The notes under the pieces: generated by a model
Told to the model about the DNA's origin: nothing
Database searches by the model: none
Seen by the model: the letters and a program-made list of their open reading frames with translations, nothing else
Translations under genes and position numbers: made by a program
DNA from: Anaerolineaceae bacterium
Lineage (GTDB): Bacteria > Chloroflexota > Anaerolineae > Anaerolineales > UBA11657
Length of the DNA stretch: 64,000 nt
Direction of reading: 5' to 3'
NCBI GenBank assembly: GCA_003569365.1
Contig: BGOS01000004.1
Span: forward strand, 33,029-97,028
Shown here: positions 1 to 10,308 of the stretch, in pieces
Numbering within the stretch: the first letter of the stretch is position 1
How the letters are laid out: each line of letters opens with the position of its first letter

Positions 1-290
1 ATGCGTGGGAGGAAGCTCGGTCCGCCTGGTTAGTGGCTCAGGCTGCGGCTGAGACCGCTTTACATTTGGCGAGTGATGCGCGCGCTGGGTGGAAGAAAGC
101 GCTGTTGGCGGCGACGGAGGCAAAGCGGCTGGCTTGGGTTTCGCAAAAGGCAGCCCGCGCGGCTGGCGTCCGGCCGGAGGCGGGCGAAGCTGAGGTGCGG
201 GTACTTTGGGCAGCTGAACGCGCAGAAAAAGCGGCCTGGACCGCATGGGAACATGCAAAAAATGTGTGGATGGAAGAATCATTGGATTAA
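1..290 (+). CDS. hypothetical Ala/Trp-rich protein, 5' partial (frame open to window edge)
   Basis: Frame is open from nt 3 (AWEEARSAWLVAQAAAE...) to the stop at 288-290. It has repeated A-W motifs and no recognisable family. Confidence 0.3.
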   Translation, partial: AWEEARSAWLVAQAAAETALHLASDARAGWKKALLAATEAKRLAWVSQKAARAAGVRPEAGEAEVRVLWAAERAEKAAWTAWEHAKNVWMEESLD

Positions 291-426
291 GCCGATAACT
301 TTTCGTGTAACAAGCGGGCCTCAGCTGCGTTCTCTCCGTGATCTTGCGTGGAGCAGCATCCAAGCTGGCAGTGCTTGGCTCATGTGGGACCGCGGTTAGC
401 TTCAAAAACATTACGGCGGAGTTGAT

Positions 427-1011
427 ATGGCTCGAAAATCGCGCAAAGTTCAAAATGGAGTTTCGGATTCAGCCATGCACCGCGTGGTCAAAGGCGGGGT
501 GGCGCGCGGCAGCGGTGCGCAACGGAACTCACAAAACTTCAGTGGGCTCGACGCTGATTGGGATGCGTCGTGGAATTCTGCTTGGGACATTTCCTGGGCG
601 GCTGCGCGTGACGCTGCTCGTGAAAGTGCGCGGCTGGCTGCCCGGGCAGCAGCTGCGGAAGCAACGCGAATAGCTGCGCTGCGGGCAGCCCGCTTGGCAT
701 GGCGTAATCCAGCGAATGACCTGCGCCAGCAAGCCTTGATCAGAATAGTAAGACGGGCAGCTTTGATGGGGCGCAAATTGGTGGCCGGGGTTGTTGCGGT
801 GGCGCCAGGTGCGATGCGGCTTGTGCTGGTCGGAATCGCTTGGGTTATGGTGTACGCGCGCAGGCTTGGCGTGCGGTTGTTGGCGCTGTTGCCAGTGGTT
901 GTGAAGGCTGTGCGGGTTGTGTTTGTGTGGTTGGTGCGCAGCGTGCGGAGAATTGCGGCGTGGGGCAGCAAGGAGGTTGTTGACGTTCGGCCGCGCACTC
1001 GGATCCTCTAA
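427..1011 (+). CDS. hypothetical protein with periodic Trp (WxxxW) Ala-rich segment and hydrophobic C-terminal half
   Basis: 194-aa ORF. It contains DADWDASWNSAWDISWAAARDAARESARLAARAAAAEA, followed by a Val/Leu/Arg-rich hydrophobic region. No family recognised. Confidence 0.4.
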   Translation: MARKSRKVQNGVSDSAMHRVVKGGVARGSGAQRNSQNFSGLDADWDASWNSAWDISWAAARDAARESARLAARAAAAEATRIAALRAARLAWRNPANDLRQQALIRIVRRAALMGRKLVAGVVAVAPGAMRLVLVGIAWVMVYARRLGVRLLALLPVVVKAVRVVFVWLVRSVRRIAAWGSKEVVDVRPRTRIL

Positions 1012-1147
1012 ACAGCAGTCGCTGTATGTGGGGGTCGGCCGGTTGCTTGGCTGCCCCGGTTTTTGTAGCATCGGTTTTCTTCGTGGCGCTTTGGTACGAT
1101 TTATGTTTGGTGTAGAATTACCGGATATTTTTCGCGCGAGGTGCAGT

Positions 1148-1432
1148 ATGGAAACATTTTTCATGTATGGTCGGTATAGTGCAGCGGCTATCAAGGGAAT
1201 TAGTTCCGGACGGACTTCCCGGGCCAATGCAATCGTTCGCAAGCACAAAGGTGCTGTAAAGGCAATATATGCGTTGCTTGGCGAGCACGATCTCGTGATC
1301 ATTGCCACTTTCCCCGGTGTTGAGCAGGCGATGTCGGCGTCGATTGCCTTGGGTAAGGCGACTGGCATCGGTTTCAACACCTCAGTTGCAGTTCCAGTCG
1401 AACGGTTTGATAAGCTTGCTGCGCGCGCCTAG
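1148..1432 (+). CDS. GYD domain-containing protein
   Basis: 94 aa from ATG 1148 (METFFMYGRYSAAAIKGISS...GEHDLVIIATFPG...), the typical size and pattern of the GYD family. The upstream part of the 917 ORF was judged non-coding. Confidence 0.75.
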   Translation: METFFMYGRYSAAAIKGISSGRTSRANAIVRKHKGAVKAIYALLGEHDLVIIATFPGVEQAMSASIALGKATGIGFNTSVAVPVERFDKLAARA

Positions 1433-1467
1433 CTGCTGCTAGGCACGCCGCTAAGCAGGTAACTGCA

Positions 1468-1951
1468 GTGAATGCGGCTCCGAGTGAGCTCGGCTTGTTC
1501 GCTGCGTATATCCAGCGCGTGGTGGATGGAGCCGTGGCGGCACTAAGTGGCCTGAGCGACCAGCAAGTTAATTGGAGCTCTGGCGGCGCTGATGCAAACT
1601 CCATGTATGTGGTTGCAACGCACATGGTGGCGATGGGTGAATTTTGGGTGCTGGGGCCTTGTGGGTGGAGCCAAGGTGCCGCGCGACCGGCAGGCTGAGT
1701 TTCGGGCTGCAGGTGCGGGCGCAGATGTGATTGTGCGCTTGCAGGAATGGGCGCGGGCGAGCGCTGTACTGTGTGCGAGCCTGGACGGTTTAGTGCTTGC
1801 TGACGAGGCAATAGTTCCGCAGGAGTACCTTCAATCGGGCGGCTTTGCGGCCGGGCGCTTTTCAAAGCGCGAATGCCTGTTGCACGTCTTGGAGCACAGT
1901 GCCCTGCACTTGGGTCATTTAGAAATCATGCGGCTTAGTGTGGTGCGGTGA
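1468..1951 (+). pseudogene. DinB-family protein, reading frame split by an indel near 1653-1658
   Basis: The N-terminal half (ORF 1468..1698, ...VVATHMVAMGEFWVLG) and the C-terminal half (ORF 1592..1951, LVGGAKVPRDRQAEF...[17 protein letters not shown]) together form one DinB-like four-helix protein with conserved His residues. The frames switch at the GGGGCC tract. Confidence 0.6.
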
Positions 1952-2003
1952 CCCGCGCTTGCCTGATGCAAGTTGGGCAGACAAATTAATCTTGGAGAAG
2001 GAT

Positions 2004-3902
2004 ATGCCACGAAAACTTACGAACTTAATCCGGCCGGTGCCTAGCGATATTGAAATTGCACAGGCGTTTGAGCCTATGCCAATTTCAAAGATTGCCAAGC
2101 AAGTTGGTTTGCTTCCTGAAGAACTGGAAGTGTTCGGCACGACAAAGGCAAAGGTTCGTTTGACGGTTCTGGACCGGTTACGCGGACTGCCAAACGGGTT
2201 TTATGTGGATGTGACAGCAATTACCCCAACGCCGCTCGGCGAGGGCAAGACCACCACCACGGTGGGGTTAAGCCAGGCATTGGGCGCGCATCTGCGCCGC
2301 AAAGTTATTACTTGCATCCGCCAGCCAAGTCAGGGGCCAACATTTGGCATTAAAGGTGGCGCGGCCGGCGGGGGTTACAGCCAGATTATCCCGATGGCTG
2401 ATTTCAATCTGCACTTGACCGGCGATATTCACGCCATTACGGCTTCGAACAACCTGCTTGCGGCGGCAATCGATGCGCGCATGTTTCATGAGGCAACAAC
2501 GTCAGATGAGGCATTGTTTAACCGTCTGTGCCCGGTGGCGAAGAATGGTACGCGTAAATTTTCGACTGTAATGCTGCGCCGTTTGAAAAAGCTTGGTATA
2601 AGCTCAACCAACCCTGAGGATCTAACAACGGAGCAACGTGGTCGTTTTGCGCGCTTGGATCTTGATCCAAAAAGTGTTACGTGGCGGCGTGTCGTTGACA
2701 CGAATGACCGGTTCTTGCGCGGCATTACTGTGGGGCGCGGCAAAAATGAGGCGGGACATGAGCGCGACACTGGTTTTGACATCACGGTTGCCAGTGAAAT
2801 TATGGCGATCCTGGCGTTAACGACCGGACTTGCCGATATGCGCGAGCGCTTGGGGCGGATGGTGGTTGGAACCAACCGCAAGGGCGAGCCCGTGACGGCC
2901 GATGACCTGGGGGCGGGCGGAGCGTTGACGGTGCTGATGCGCGACGCAATCAAGCCCACATTGATGCAGACGCTTGAGGGAACGCCGGCACTCGTGCATG
3001 CGGGTCCGTTTGCAAATATTGCGCATGGTAACTCGTCGATCGTTGCGGATCAAATCGCGTTGAAGCTTGTTGGCAAGGACGGATTTGTGGTGACCGAGTC
3101 CGGCTTTGGCGCCGATATTGGAATGGAGAAGTTTTTTAATATCAAGTGCCGGTACAGTGGGTTAGTACCAAACTGCGTGGTACTCGTGGCAACGGTACGG
3201 GCGCTCAAAATGCATGGCGGGGGCCCGAAGGTGGTTGCTGGCAAGCCGTTGGATGCAGCTTACACTGATGAAAATCTGGAGCTTCTCGAGAAGGGCTGCA
3301 GCAACATGGTGGCGCATATTGAGAACGCTGTGCGCTATGGAATTCCTGTGGTTGTGGCGGTGAATGAGTTTGCCACGGATACGGCGGCTGAGACGGCGCT
3401 AGTTCGCCGGATTGCGCGCAAGGCAGGCGCACAGGACGCCGTTGTAAGCAGCCATTGGGCCGACGGCGGGAAAGGTTCGGTTAGGTTGGCGCGGGCTGTT
3501 GTAAAGGCTTGTGCGCTGCCGGCAAATTTTAGATTCCTGTACCCATTGGACATTACGATCAAGCAGAAGATTGAAACAATAGCGCGTGACATGTATGGCG
3601 CGGCCGGAGTGGAATACCTGCCCGCTGCGGAGGAAAAGATTGCACTCTATACGCGTCTCGGTTTTGACAACCTTCCGATTTGCATGGCGAAGACGCACCT
3701 GAGTTTGAGTCATGATCCCGAACTGAAGGGACGCCCAACGGGTTTCATTGTGCCCGTGCGCGATATTCGCGCCAGTATCGGGGCCGGCTTTTTGTTTCCG
3801 CTCATCGGTGAAATGCCCACAATACCTGGATTGCCGACGCGGCCGGCATTCTATGACATTGACTTGGATATTGAGAATGATCGGGTGATCGGTTTGTTTT
3901 AA
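2004..3902 (+). CDS. fhs: formate--tetrahydrofolate ligase
   Basis: [20 protein letters not shown]..., nucleotide-binding [14 protein letters not shown], and full-length family resemblance. GGAGAAGG lies just upstream of ATG 2004. Confidence 0.95.
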   Translation: MPRKLTNLIRPVPSDIEIAQAFEPMPISKIAKQVGLLPEELEVFGTTKAKVRLTVLDRLRGLPNGFYVDVTAITPTPLGEGKTTTTVGLSQALGAHLRRKVITCIRQPSQGPTFGIKGGAAGGGYSQIIPMADFNLHLTGDIHAITASNNLLAAAIDARMFHEATTSDEALFNRLCPVAKNGTRKFSTVMLRRLKKLGISSTNPEDLTTEQRGRFARLDLDPKSVTWRRVVDTNDRFLRGITVGRGKNEAGHERDTGFDITVASEIMAILALTTGLADMRERLGRMVVGTNRKGEPVTADDLGAGGALTVLMRDAIKPTLMQTLEGTPALVHAGPFANIAHGNSSIVADQIALKLVGKDGFVVTESGFGADIGMEKFFNIKCRYSGLVPNCVVLVATVRALKMHGGGPKVVAGKPLDAAYTDENLELLEKGCSNMVAHIENAVRYGIPVVVAVNEFATDTAAETALVRRIARKAGAQDAVVSSHWADGGKGSVRLARAVVKACALPANFRFLYPLDITIKQKIETIARDMYGAAGVEYLPAAEEKIALYTRLGFDNLPICMAKTHLSLSHDPELKGRPTGFIVPVRDIRASIGAGFLFPLIGEMPTIPGLPTRPAFYDIDLDIENDRVIGLF

Positions 3903-3928
3903 ATAATGTACCGCAAGGATGCGTGCTC

Positions 3929-3967
3929 AGACGCCTGCGCCGTATGTCGCGCAGGCGTCTTGTTTTA
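3929..3967 (+). terminator. rho-independent terminator after fhs
   Basis: Perfect 12-bp stem (AGACGCCTGCGC 3929-3940 pairs with GCGCAGGCGTCT 3949-3960), 8-nt loop, then TGTTTTA. Confidence 0.75.
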
Positions 3968-4023
3968 ACTGGCCTTGCGGGATGTTAATGGGGGGAGCGG
4001 TGGTTAGAGATGGTGGATTTTGA

Positions 4024-4398
4024 TTATTTGCGAAACACCAGTTGCGTAATTTGCAGGTAGAAATTTCTGTGCGTTGCCACATGGTTGTAGAGGCCTTCGC
4101 TGAGTATCCGGAAGAGTGGCAGGTGGTTGTACAGGGTGAGCATCCAGCGCCAGCTATGCCTGCTGCTCAGCGACCCCAAAACTGCTTTCGCGCCCGTGGT
4201 GTGGGTGCCGTCAACTGCCACCAAGTGCACGGCAGCCTGGAATTCGCTGGTCGGAATGTGCGGATAGTCGGATGCAGCTTGCTGGTAGGGCGTGTATTCG
4301 ATTTCATCCCCGGTGATCTTGCGCCAGACTTCAATCCAGATGCGGCAGAATTCACAGTCGCCATCCCAAATCATACGCGGCCGGAGGGGCTTGGACAT
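4024..4398 (-). CDS. DCC1-like thiol-disulfide oxidoreductase (DUF393)
   Basis: N-terminal MIWDGDCEFCRIW (DGxCxxC motif). Size of about 124 aa is typical of the family. Confidence 0.8.
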   Translation of the reverse strand: MSKPLRPRMIWDGDCEFCRIWIEVWRKITGDEIEYTPYQQAASDYPHIPTSEFQAAVHLVAVDGTHTTGAKAVLGSLSSRHSWRWMLTLYNHLPLFRILSEGLYNHVATHRNFYLQITQLVFRK

Positions 4399-4482
4399 TC
4401 AGGCTTTTTGAGTAAGTTCTTGTGGAGTGGTTGTTGCTGATTATTTGACGGCTGCCGAGCGTACGGTTAAACTTACGCAGTT

Positions 4483-4555
<73 letters not shown>

Positions 4556-4612
4556 CTTTGAATAGCCGGTTTACCCGCGGTGCTTCCGTTCTAAGGGCTT
4601 GATAGGTTCGAA

Positions 4613-6586
4613 CTAGATTACGCGCTCGTTGCCGCCGTCAATCGGAATCTGGGCGCCGGTGGTTTTAGCGAATACCGGACTGCATAAGGCAGTTACTACC
4701 GCGGCCACGTCAGTACTTCTTACTTCAGTTTTTAGTATATTGCGGCGTTTATAGTCGGCGACAGATAGATTGTAAGCAGCGGCACGTGCGGCCAGCATAT
4801 CCTCGGTCCATATGCCGGTATCGAAGACTGCATCCGGGTGCACCGTGTTCACGCGGATTGAGTCTCCGCCCCATTCGAGGGCTGTGACGCGCGCGAGTTG
4901 TGTAAGCGCTGCTTTGGAGGCCGAGTACGCAGCGGCACCGGGGCCCGGCGCGGGTACATTGCGCGATCCTACAACTACCACTCGGCCACCGCGTGGGCTT
5001 AGGCGCAGCAGCGGATACACTTCGCGCAGCATGCGCAAGTTTGCGTCAAGGTTGATGCGCAGCGTGGCGTCCCAATCTGCATCTGTAAGATCGGCTACGC
5101 GCCGGCTTTCCGGAAAGACGCCGGCATTCAAGATCAACATATCTACGCCGCCATACGCAAGCACAGTGTCATCAAGACAGCGGTGGACTGCGGTTGCGTC
5201 GGTTATATCGCACGCAAGCTGGAGCAAGCTAGCATGTGAGTTGTTTTTTGCGGTCGGGGGATTGCGGTCAAAACCAGCAACGGTTGCGCCTTGAGCGAGC
5301 AGTGTGTTTACGCAAGCAAGGCCAATCCCCGAGCTGCTGCCAGTTACGAGCGCAACTTCCCCGGCGAAAGCTTTTGGTTGGCCCGCGCGCAGAAGCTTGG
5401 CCTGCTCAAGTTCCCAGTACTCAATTGCAAATAGGTCTTCGGCTGGCAGTGCGCACCATCCGCCCAGCGCGTGTGCGCGCAGAATAATTTCGATGGTGTG
5501 ATCGTATATCTCGGAGGCAATCGCGCAGTCCCGGGCAGTTCTACCGATGGCACACAGCCCCAGTTGTTGGTCAAGAATGATTCGCGGAGCTGCATCCAGC
5601 ATGGTGAGGCCTGCATTTGCGCGGCTGGCGTAGGTCGCGAATGATTGTTCGTAGTCGGCTGCGTATTCTTCAACATTGCGGCCGAGCAAGGGAATGCGCT
5701 TGGTGCGGATGACATGATCCGGCGTAGCGCAGCCTTGCAGTGCGAGTGCTCTGACATCTTGGCGGCGCGCAAATGCGAGGTTGGTGGGCGTCGGGTGCGA
5801 TGCCATCAGCAGTGGGACGTTGGCAACGCGCGAAACAGCTGAACGTAATTCGGCGGTTTGCACGCGAGAAAAGAGCATCGGATCCGGAGCATGTAAGCCA
5901 GAGATGGTCCAGGCATTCGCTGCTTTTAAGTGATCTTCTGCCATCGAGACCAGGTCAATCATGCGGGTGTAGGCTTCGCGGCCCGTGGCTCCAAAAGAAA
6001 ATATTCCGTGCTGCATCAGGAGCATGCCGACAGTGTTTGTGCCGGCTTGTTCAGCAAAGTGAAAGGCGCAGGCTTTTGCGAGCAGGAAGCCCGGCATCAC
6101 GTACGGGACAATCACCAGTTGGCCGCCGTAGATCGAGCGGATTTGTTGCTCGCCGTTTCGTGAGTTGCAACATGCTATGACCGCGTCTGCATGCGTGTGG
6201 TCCACAAACTTGTGGGGGAGTAGCGCGTGCAGGATTGCTTCGACTGACGGGTCAGGGCTCGCGGGATCCGTCAGGCCAACGCGTAGCTCGCGCACCATTG
6301 CGGTATCGCTGAGGTTATCAAGCTGCGCGAGCCGCAGTAAATGGGCCATGCGCAGCCCGGCAAAGCCGGCGGGTTCGATCGTGCCAAGGTCCCAGCCACT
6401 TGCTTTTACATACAGTACTTCTTCCGCATCACCAAAAATGTTGGTGCAGGTGGTCTTGACTGAGGTGTTGCCGCCTCCATGAAGCACCAGGTTGGGATTA
6501 CTCCCCAGCAAGCGGGAAGAGTACACGCGAAGCGCCAGGTCATCCGTGCAGGTTGCGGCTTGAGCTTCGTTCCAGAGGTTGTTCAT
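4613..6586 (-). CDS. bifunctional class II aldolase / short-chain dehydrogenase (rhamnulose-1-phosphate aldolase/SDR family)
   Basis: 657 aa. The N-terminal aldolase/adducin-like domain contains HGGGNTSVK. The C-terminal SDR has the TGSSSGIG Rossmann motif and YSASK catalytic motif. Confidence 0.88.
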   Translation of the reverse strand: MNNLWNEAQAATCTDDLALRVYSSRLLGSNPNLVLHGGGNTSVKTTCTNIFGDAEEVLYVKASGWDLGTIEPAGFAGLRMAHLLRLAQLDNLSDTAMVRELRVGLTDPASPDPSVEAILHALLPHKFVDHTHADAVIACCNSRNGEQQIRSIYGGQLVIVPYVMPGFLLAKACAFHFAEQAGTNTVGMLLMQHGIFSFGATGREAYTRMIDLVSMAEDHLKAANAWTISGLHAPDPMLFSRVQTAELRSAVSRVANVPLLMASHPTPTNLAFARRQDVRALALQGCATPDHVIRTKRIPLLGRNVEEYAADYEQSFATYASRANAGLTMLDAAPRIILDQQLGLCAIGRTARDCAIASEIYDHTIEIILRAHALGGWCALPAEDLFAIEYWELEQAKLLRAGQPKAFAGEVALVTGSSSGIGLACVNTLLAQGATVAGFDRNPPTAKNNSHASLLQLACDITDATAVHRCLDDTVLAYGGVDMLILNAGVFPESRRVADLTDADWDATLRINLDANLRMLREVYPLLRLSPRGGRVVVVGSRNVPAPGPGAAAYSASKAALTQLARVTALEWGGDSIRVNTVHPDAVFDTGIWTEDMLAARAAAYNLSVADYKRRNILKTEVRSTDVAAVVTALCSPVFAKTTGAQIPIDGGNERVI

Positions 6587-6831
6587 GCGCGGATGTGCCT
6601 GCCTTGGGCTCCGTGACAGGTTGTGGTTATTGGCGCAGATGGTTGAGGTGGTAACTCAGGCATGCTGCCGAATAATAGCATGCGGGTCGCAATCGCCCGT
6701 TGTTGTGGGTGTCTGTTTGAGTTGGTGGTAGGATGCGATAAGCTGCCCCACCTTGCCTTAAGGCGCGGGCAGCTCAGATGGTAGCCGGAATTGCGGTTGA
6801 ACTGAGTGAGAGTGACTGTTGGGGTCGCCGG

Positions 6832-7986
6832 CTATTTTTGGACGACGACAGGCGTGCCAAGTGGCGCCCAGCTGTAAGTCCACTCGGCTTCGGGGGTTGG
6901 CATATTTACACACCCGTGGCTGTGTGGCGTGCCAAAATCATTGTGCCAATAGGTCCCATGCAGCCCGTAGCCTGCGTAGAAGAACATAGTCCACGGGACA
7001 TCTTTGAGGTCGTAGTCCTCGCCTTTCATGTCTTGTTTCTCAAACTTGACGTAGATGCTGAATGTACCCTGGATGGTAGGAAAGCTTGCACGCCCGGTTG
7101 AAACTTTTGTTTGGCGCACTTTGGTCTTGTCAACAAAGTTGTAAAGCATCTGGTCTGAAAGGTCGATCAAAATCCATTTTTTGTCGGCTTGTACATTCCA
7201 CGGCACAAGCGGCGCCTTGCCGCCACTGATGTCTGACGGTCTGTGGCGGCTGGCCCTGAAGGCGGCGCCACCGAGCTCGAAGGTTGGAAGATCCAGCGTG
7301 CGAATGATTGCATTTTGGCGTTCGACTGTAAGCTGCGGCAGAGTGCCCAGCACCGGTCCCGTGTAGCCGGCGCGGCGGTCGCCGTAGATATACGCCAGTC
7401 CAGCGGACTGTATCCAGTCATCCATGTCCTCTGAAAATTCAGAGGCGGCGACGTAAACCGCGTTGATGATGTCTTGATGAGGCCGGCTGCCTTGCAGGTC
7501 CAGCGTAAGCGCTGTCTCTGGCGGGGTTACAGGTGCGGGTGGTCCCGGTGTTGCTCCCGGCAGTGGCAGCACCACCGCTTGGGCTGCGGATGCCGGAATG
7601 AGCAGGACTTGGCCGGTATAAATTGATGGTGTTGCTAAACCATTATGTTTGGCGATTGTGTTCCACGGCAAGCCATATGTGCGCCCAATTTTTGACAGTG
7701 TGTCTCCGCGCTTCACAATGTGGGTTCGCGTACCCGGTATATTCGCGCCTGTCCCAATTGGAATGATGAGGGTTTGCCCCACGAAGATTTTGTCTGATTT
7801 GAGATTATTGGCTTTTAGAATGTCGTTAATCTGAACGCCGTAACTTTGCGCAATCTTCGTCAGGTATTCCCCGCCCTGCACAATGTGGGTTTTTGTTTCT
7901 GCGAAAGCGGGTCGCGGTTGTGCCAGCACGAGGGCTGCAGCTAGGGCGCAGGTTAAAGCTAAAAGATGTCTGGTAAGTTTGTGCAT
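6832..7986 (-). CDS. LysM domain-containing L,D-transpeptidase (YkuD family)
   Basis: Signal-peptide-like N-terminus, two LysM repeats (HIVQGGEYLTKIAQSYGV, HIVKRGDTLSKIGRTYGL) and the catalytic motif HGTYWHNDFGTPHSHGCVNM. Confidence 0.85.
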   Translation of the reverse strand: MHKLTRHLLALTCALAAALVLAQPRPAFAETKTHIVQGGEYLTKIAQSYGVQINDILKANNLKSDKIFVGQTLIIPIGTGANIPGTRTHIVKRGDTLSKIGRTYGLPWNTIAKHNGLATPSIYTGQVLLIPASAAQAVVLPLPGATPGPPAPVTPPETALTLDLQGSRPHQDIINAVYVAASEFSEDMDDWIQSAGLAYIYGDRRAGYTGPVLGTLPQLTVERQNAIIRTLDLPTFELGGAAFRASRHRPSDISGGKAPLVPWNVQADKKWILIDLSDQMLYNFVDKTKVRQTKVSTGRASFPTIQGTFSIYVKFEKQDMKGEDYDLKDVPWTMFFYAGYGLHGTYWHNDFGTPHSHGCVNMPTPEAEWTYSWAPLGTPVVVQK

Positions 7987-8064
7987 AAGCTAAGTCGTCG
8001 CAAGAACTGTGCCATGGCTGGTCCGTTGGTAATATACTTGGCGAGTGTTTTATTGCGGTGCGAA

Positions 8065-8430
8065 ATGAGCGACAAGAATCGGGCCACGCGGCTTGTATTC
8101 TCGACTGATGACGGGCGCCTGTGCGGGGAGTGCGAGTTGCCGGCCGGCTCGTGTGTGTGCCGGAAGAAGCTGCAGGCACAGGTGCCGGCCGACGGTTTTG
8201 TGCGCGTACGGCGGGAGACTCAGGGGCGGGGCGGTAAAACGGTGACGGTGGTGCTGGGACTTACAGGGCCGCCGGCAACAATTGCGGAGTTGGCGCGTGA
8301 GCTCAAGCGCGCATGCGGAGCCGGCGGTTCTGTCCGTGCGGAGGGTATTGAGGTCCAGGGTGATCACCGGGGTGCTGTGGCGGAATTGCTGCGGGCGCGC
8401 GGTTACAAAGTAAAGCTGGCGGGTGGGTAG
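8065..8430 (+). CDS. translation initiation factor SUI1/YciH family
   Basis: From ATG 8065: MSDKNRATRLVFSTDDG...VRVRRETQGRGGKTVTVVLGL...IEVQGDHR. The upstream ORF part overlaps the divergent gene and was discarded. Confidence 0.85.
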   Translation: MSDKNRATRLVFSTDDGRLCGECELPAGSCVCRKKLQAQVPADGFVRVRRETQGRGGKTVTVVLGLTGPPATIAELARELKRACGAGGSVRAEGIEVQGDHRGAVAELLRARGYKVKLAGG

Positions 8431-9457
8431 CAGAATGGTCCGCGCATCGGCGACACCGCCAGTAGAGAAGTTCGTTTCCGCTAGTGGCTTGCGGGTGTAC
8501 CGGATGCGGCTGGAAGTGTTTCCCGGGTTTGATGCGCATGTGCATCTGGTTCTCGGCTTGGATGTTCCAATATTGATTGACGCGGGTTCGGGGTTGGGTA
8601 ATTGCAACACTGACCTAACAGCGCGATTTGAAGCGGTGCATGCGGAGTTCGGCGAGAAGATCGGTCTCAAGGACGTGGGTCGGGTGTTGGTTACGCATGG
8701 GCACATGGATCATTTTGGCGGTGTGCAATTTGTTAGGGAACAGTCTGGCGCTGGGGTTGGGATACACGTGCTGGACAAGCGTGTATTGACGCACTACGAG
8801 GAACGCGTGGTGATTGCTTCAAAAAGTTTGCGAGAGTTCCTTGTGCGGGCCGGTGTTTCGGGTGCGAGCGCAAGCGAAATGATGGACATGTACCTTATTG
8901 GCAAGGGCTTTTATCATTCTGTGGCGGTGGATACTTTGTTGGAAGAGGGCATCGAATTGTTTGGTTGTATGCGTTTCGTGCATGTGCCCGGCCATTGTGG
9001 CGGCCAGGTCTGCATCGTGATGGATGACATTTTGTTTGCTGCGGATCATGTGCTTGCGCGTATCACGCCGCATCAATCGCCCGAAAGCATCACGCGCCAT
9101 GTTGGCTTGGGGCACTACCTTGAGTCATTGCGCAAGGTGCGCGACCTGCCGGGTGTACGCGTGAGCCTTGGAGGGCACGAAGTGCCGGTTACAAATCTTG
9201 CGCAGCGTGTTGACGAGATCCGGGAGGCACACCAGAAGCGCCTCGAGCGCGTGCTTGCCATTTGTGCCGAGCCCCAAAACATCAAGGCCGTGGCGGTTGC
9301 GTTATTTGGCCCGCTGCAAGGCTACAATGCGCTCTTGGGCATCGAGGAGGCAGGTGCGCACGTGGAGTACTTGTATCAGCGCGCTGAGTTGGGCGTTGCA
9401 AATCTGGAGCAGGTGCAGGGAGAGACGGAGCCTGCAATTCAGTACGTGCGCTTATAG
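8423..9457 (+). CDS. MBL-fold metallo-hydrolase
   Basis: HxHxDH motif THGHMDHFGG, with later His/Asp ligands (HVPGH, GGH). GTG 8423 or in-frame ATG 8435 are possible starts. Confidence 0.8.
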   Translation: MGSRMVRASATPPVEKFVSASGLRVYRMRLEVFPGFDAHVHLVLGLDVPILIDAGSGLGNCNTDLTARFEAVHAEFGEKIGLKDVGRVLVTHGHMDHFGGVQFVREQSGAGVGIHVLDKRVLTHYEERVVIASKSLREFLVRAGVSGASASEMMDMYLIGKGFYHSVAVDTLLEEGIELFGCMRFVHVPGHCGGQVCIVMDDILFAADHVLARITPHQSPESITRHVGLGHYLESLRKVRDLPGVRVSLGGHEVPVTNLAQRVDEIREAHQKRLERVLAICAEPQNIKAVAVALFGPLQGYNALLGIEEAGAHVEYLYQRAELGVANLEQVQGETEPAIQYVRL

Positions 9458-9520
9458 GCAGGCAGTTGCCACTGCGCAGGCTGCTGCCACTTTTGCGGTC
9501 GGCGGATAATCTGGGAGAGG

Positions 9521-9593
9521 TGCCCCTACGGGGATTCGAACCCCGGTCTAAGCCTTGAGAGGGCTTCGTCCTAGGCCTCTAGACGATAGGGGC
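9521..9593 (-). tRNA. tRNA-Glu (anticodon CTC)
   Basis: The reverse complement reads GCCCCTA-TC-GTCT-AGAGGCCTA-GGAC-G-AAGCC-CTCTCAA-GGCTT-AGAC-CGGGG-TTCGAAT-CCCCG-TAGGGGC-A. Confidence 0.9.
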
Positions 9594-9616
9594 GGGGTGC
9601 GAAGTTTAGCATGTAA

Positions 9617-10303
9617 TTACTTGTGGGCGCCGTCAAGCTGGGCTATTTGCGCGAGCGAAAGTGAAGCAGTGCGGCCCGATTTTCTAAAAAATGTGCTTAC
9701 GTATTGCGCCTTGAATGCCGGCACGGGCGATTGAGACAAGTTCACAACTTCCACTTTCGCGTTGGTAAAGACGATCAGCGGAAGGACCGGCGGGGCATCG
9801 TTGCCAAACTTGCGCTTTAGCTGCTTTTCGAGGCGCCGTGCTTCTGCCTGGGCTTCGAGCACCGGATTACCAATGCCCTCCTGGCCGAAGGTGCGTTGAA
9901 CCCAGCCAGTGTTTGCTTGACGGAATTGTTTGTGTTTATCGTCCCAAGTAACGGTGCCAGACTGGAATTTTGGCAGGATTGCGAATACACCGGTGGGTCC
10001 AATGACTGCATGCGATGCTGACAGGCGATAGTGATAGATGCTATAGGCATCATCAAGAGCTTTCAGGGCTTTTGTGAGCGCGTCGTCCGGGCGTGGTTCC
10101 CGCACATAACGGTTGGTGAGGTGGATGCCGACATTTGACATCACGAAGCCAATCAGAAGTGTGTACAAGGGTATGTAGGGTTTGTCTGGCCATGTGAAGG
10201 AAACCACCAGGCCGCCAACCAGGGTTGCGAGTCCGAAGAAGGAAAGTGCTTTTGCGATTAGGCTATAGCGCTTTACAAGCGGCTTGTTGTCTATGACGCG
10301 CAT
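9617..10303 (-). CDS. NERD-like domain membrane protein
   Basis: Two N-terminal TM helices, then YSIYHYRLSASHAVIGPTGVFAILPKFQSGTVTW, which resembles the NERD core (xxVIGPxGVFxIExK..G). The assignment is from pattern memory only. Confidence 0.5.
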   Translation of the reverse strand: MRVIDNKPLVKRYSLIAKALSFFGLATLVGGLVVSFTWPDKPYIPLYTLLIGFVMSNVGIHLTNRYVREPRPDDALTKALKALDDAYSIYHYRLSASHAVIGPTGVFAILPKFQSGTVTWDDKHKQFRQANTGWVQRTFGQEGIGNPVLEAQAEARRLEKQLKRKFGNDAPPVLPLIVFTNAKVEVVNLSQSPVPAFKAQYVSTFFRKSGRTASLSLAQIAQLDGAHK

Positions 10304-10308
10304 TAGTG

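Noticed and set aside
1952-2003. Riboswitch (THF/ZTP) upstream of fhs
   Set aside because: Only about 50 nt separate the DinB-like gene from fhs, which is too short for those aptamers, and no conserved motif was recognised.
6762-6788. tRNA-like fragment GGCGCGGGCAGCTCAGATGGTAGCCGG (D-arm-like AGCTCAGATGGTAG)
   Set aside because: I could not complete a cloverleaf. There is no matching acceptor 3' strand, the D stem does not pair (GCTC versus GCCG), and there is no anticodon or T arm. It is probably chance similarity or at most a tiny remnant.
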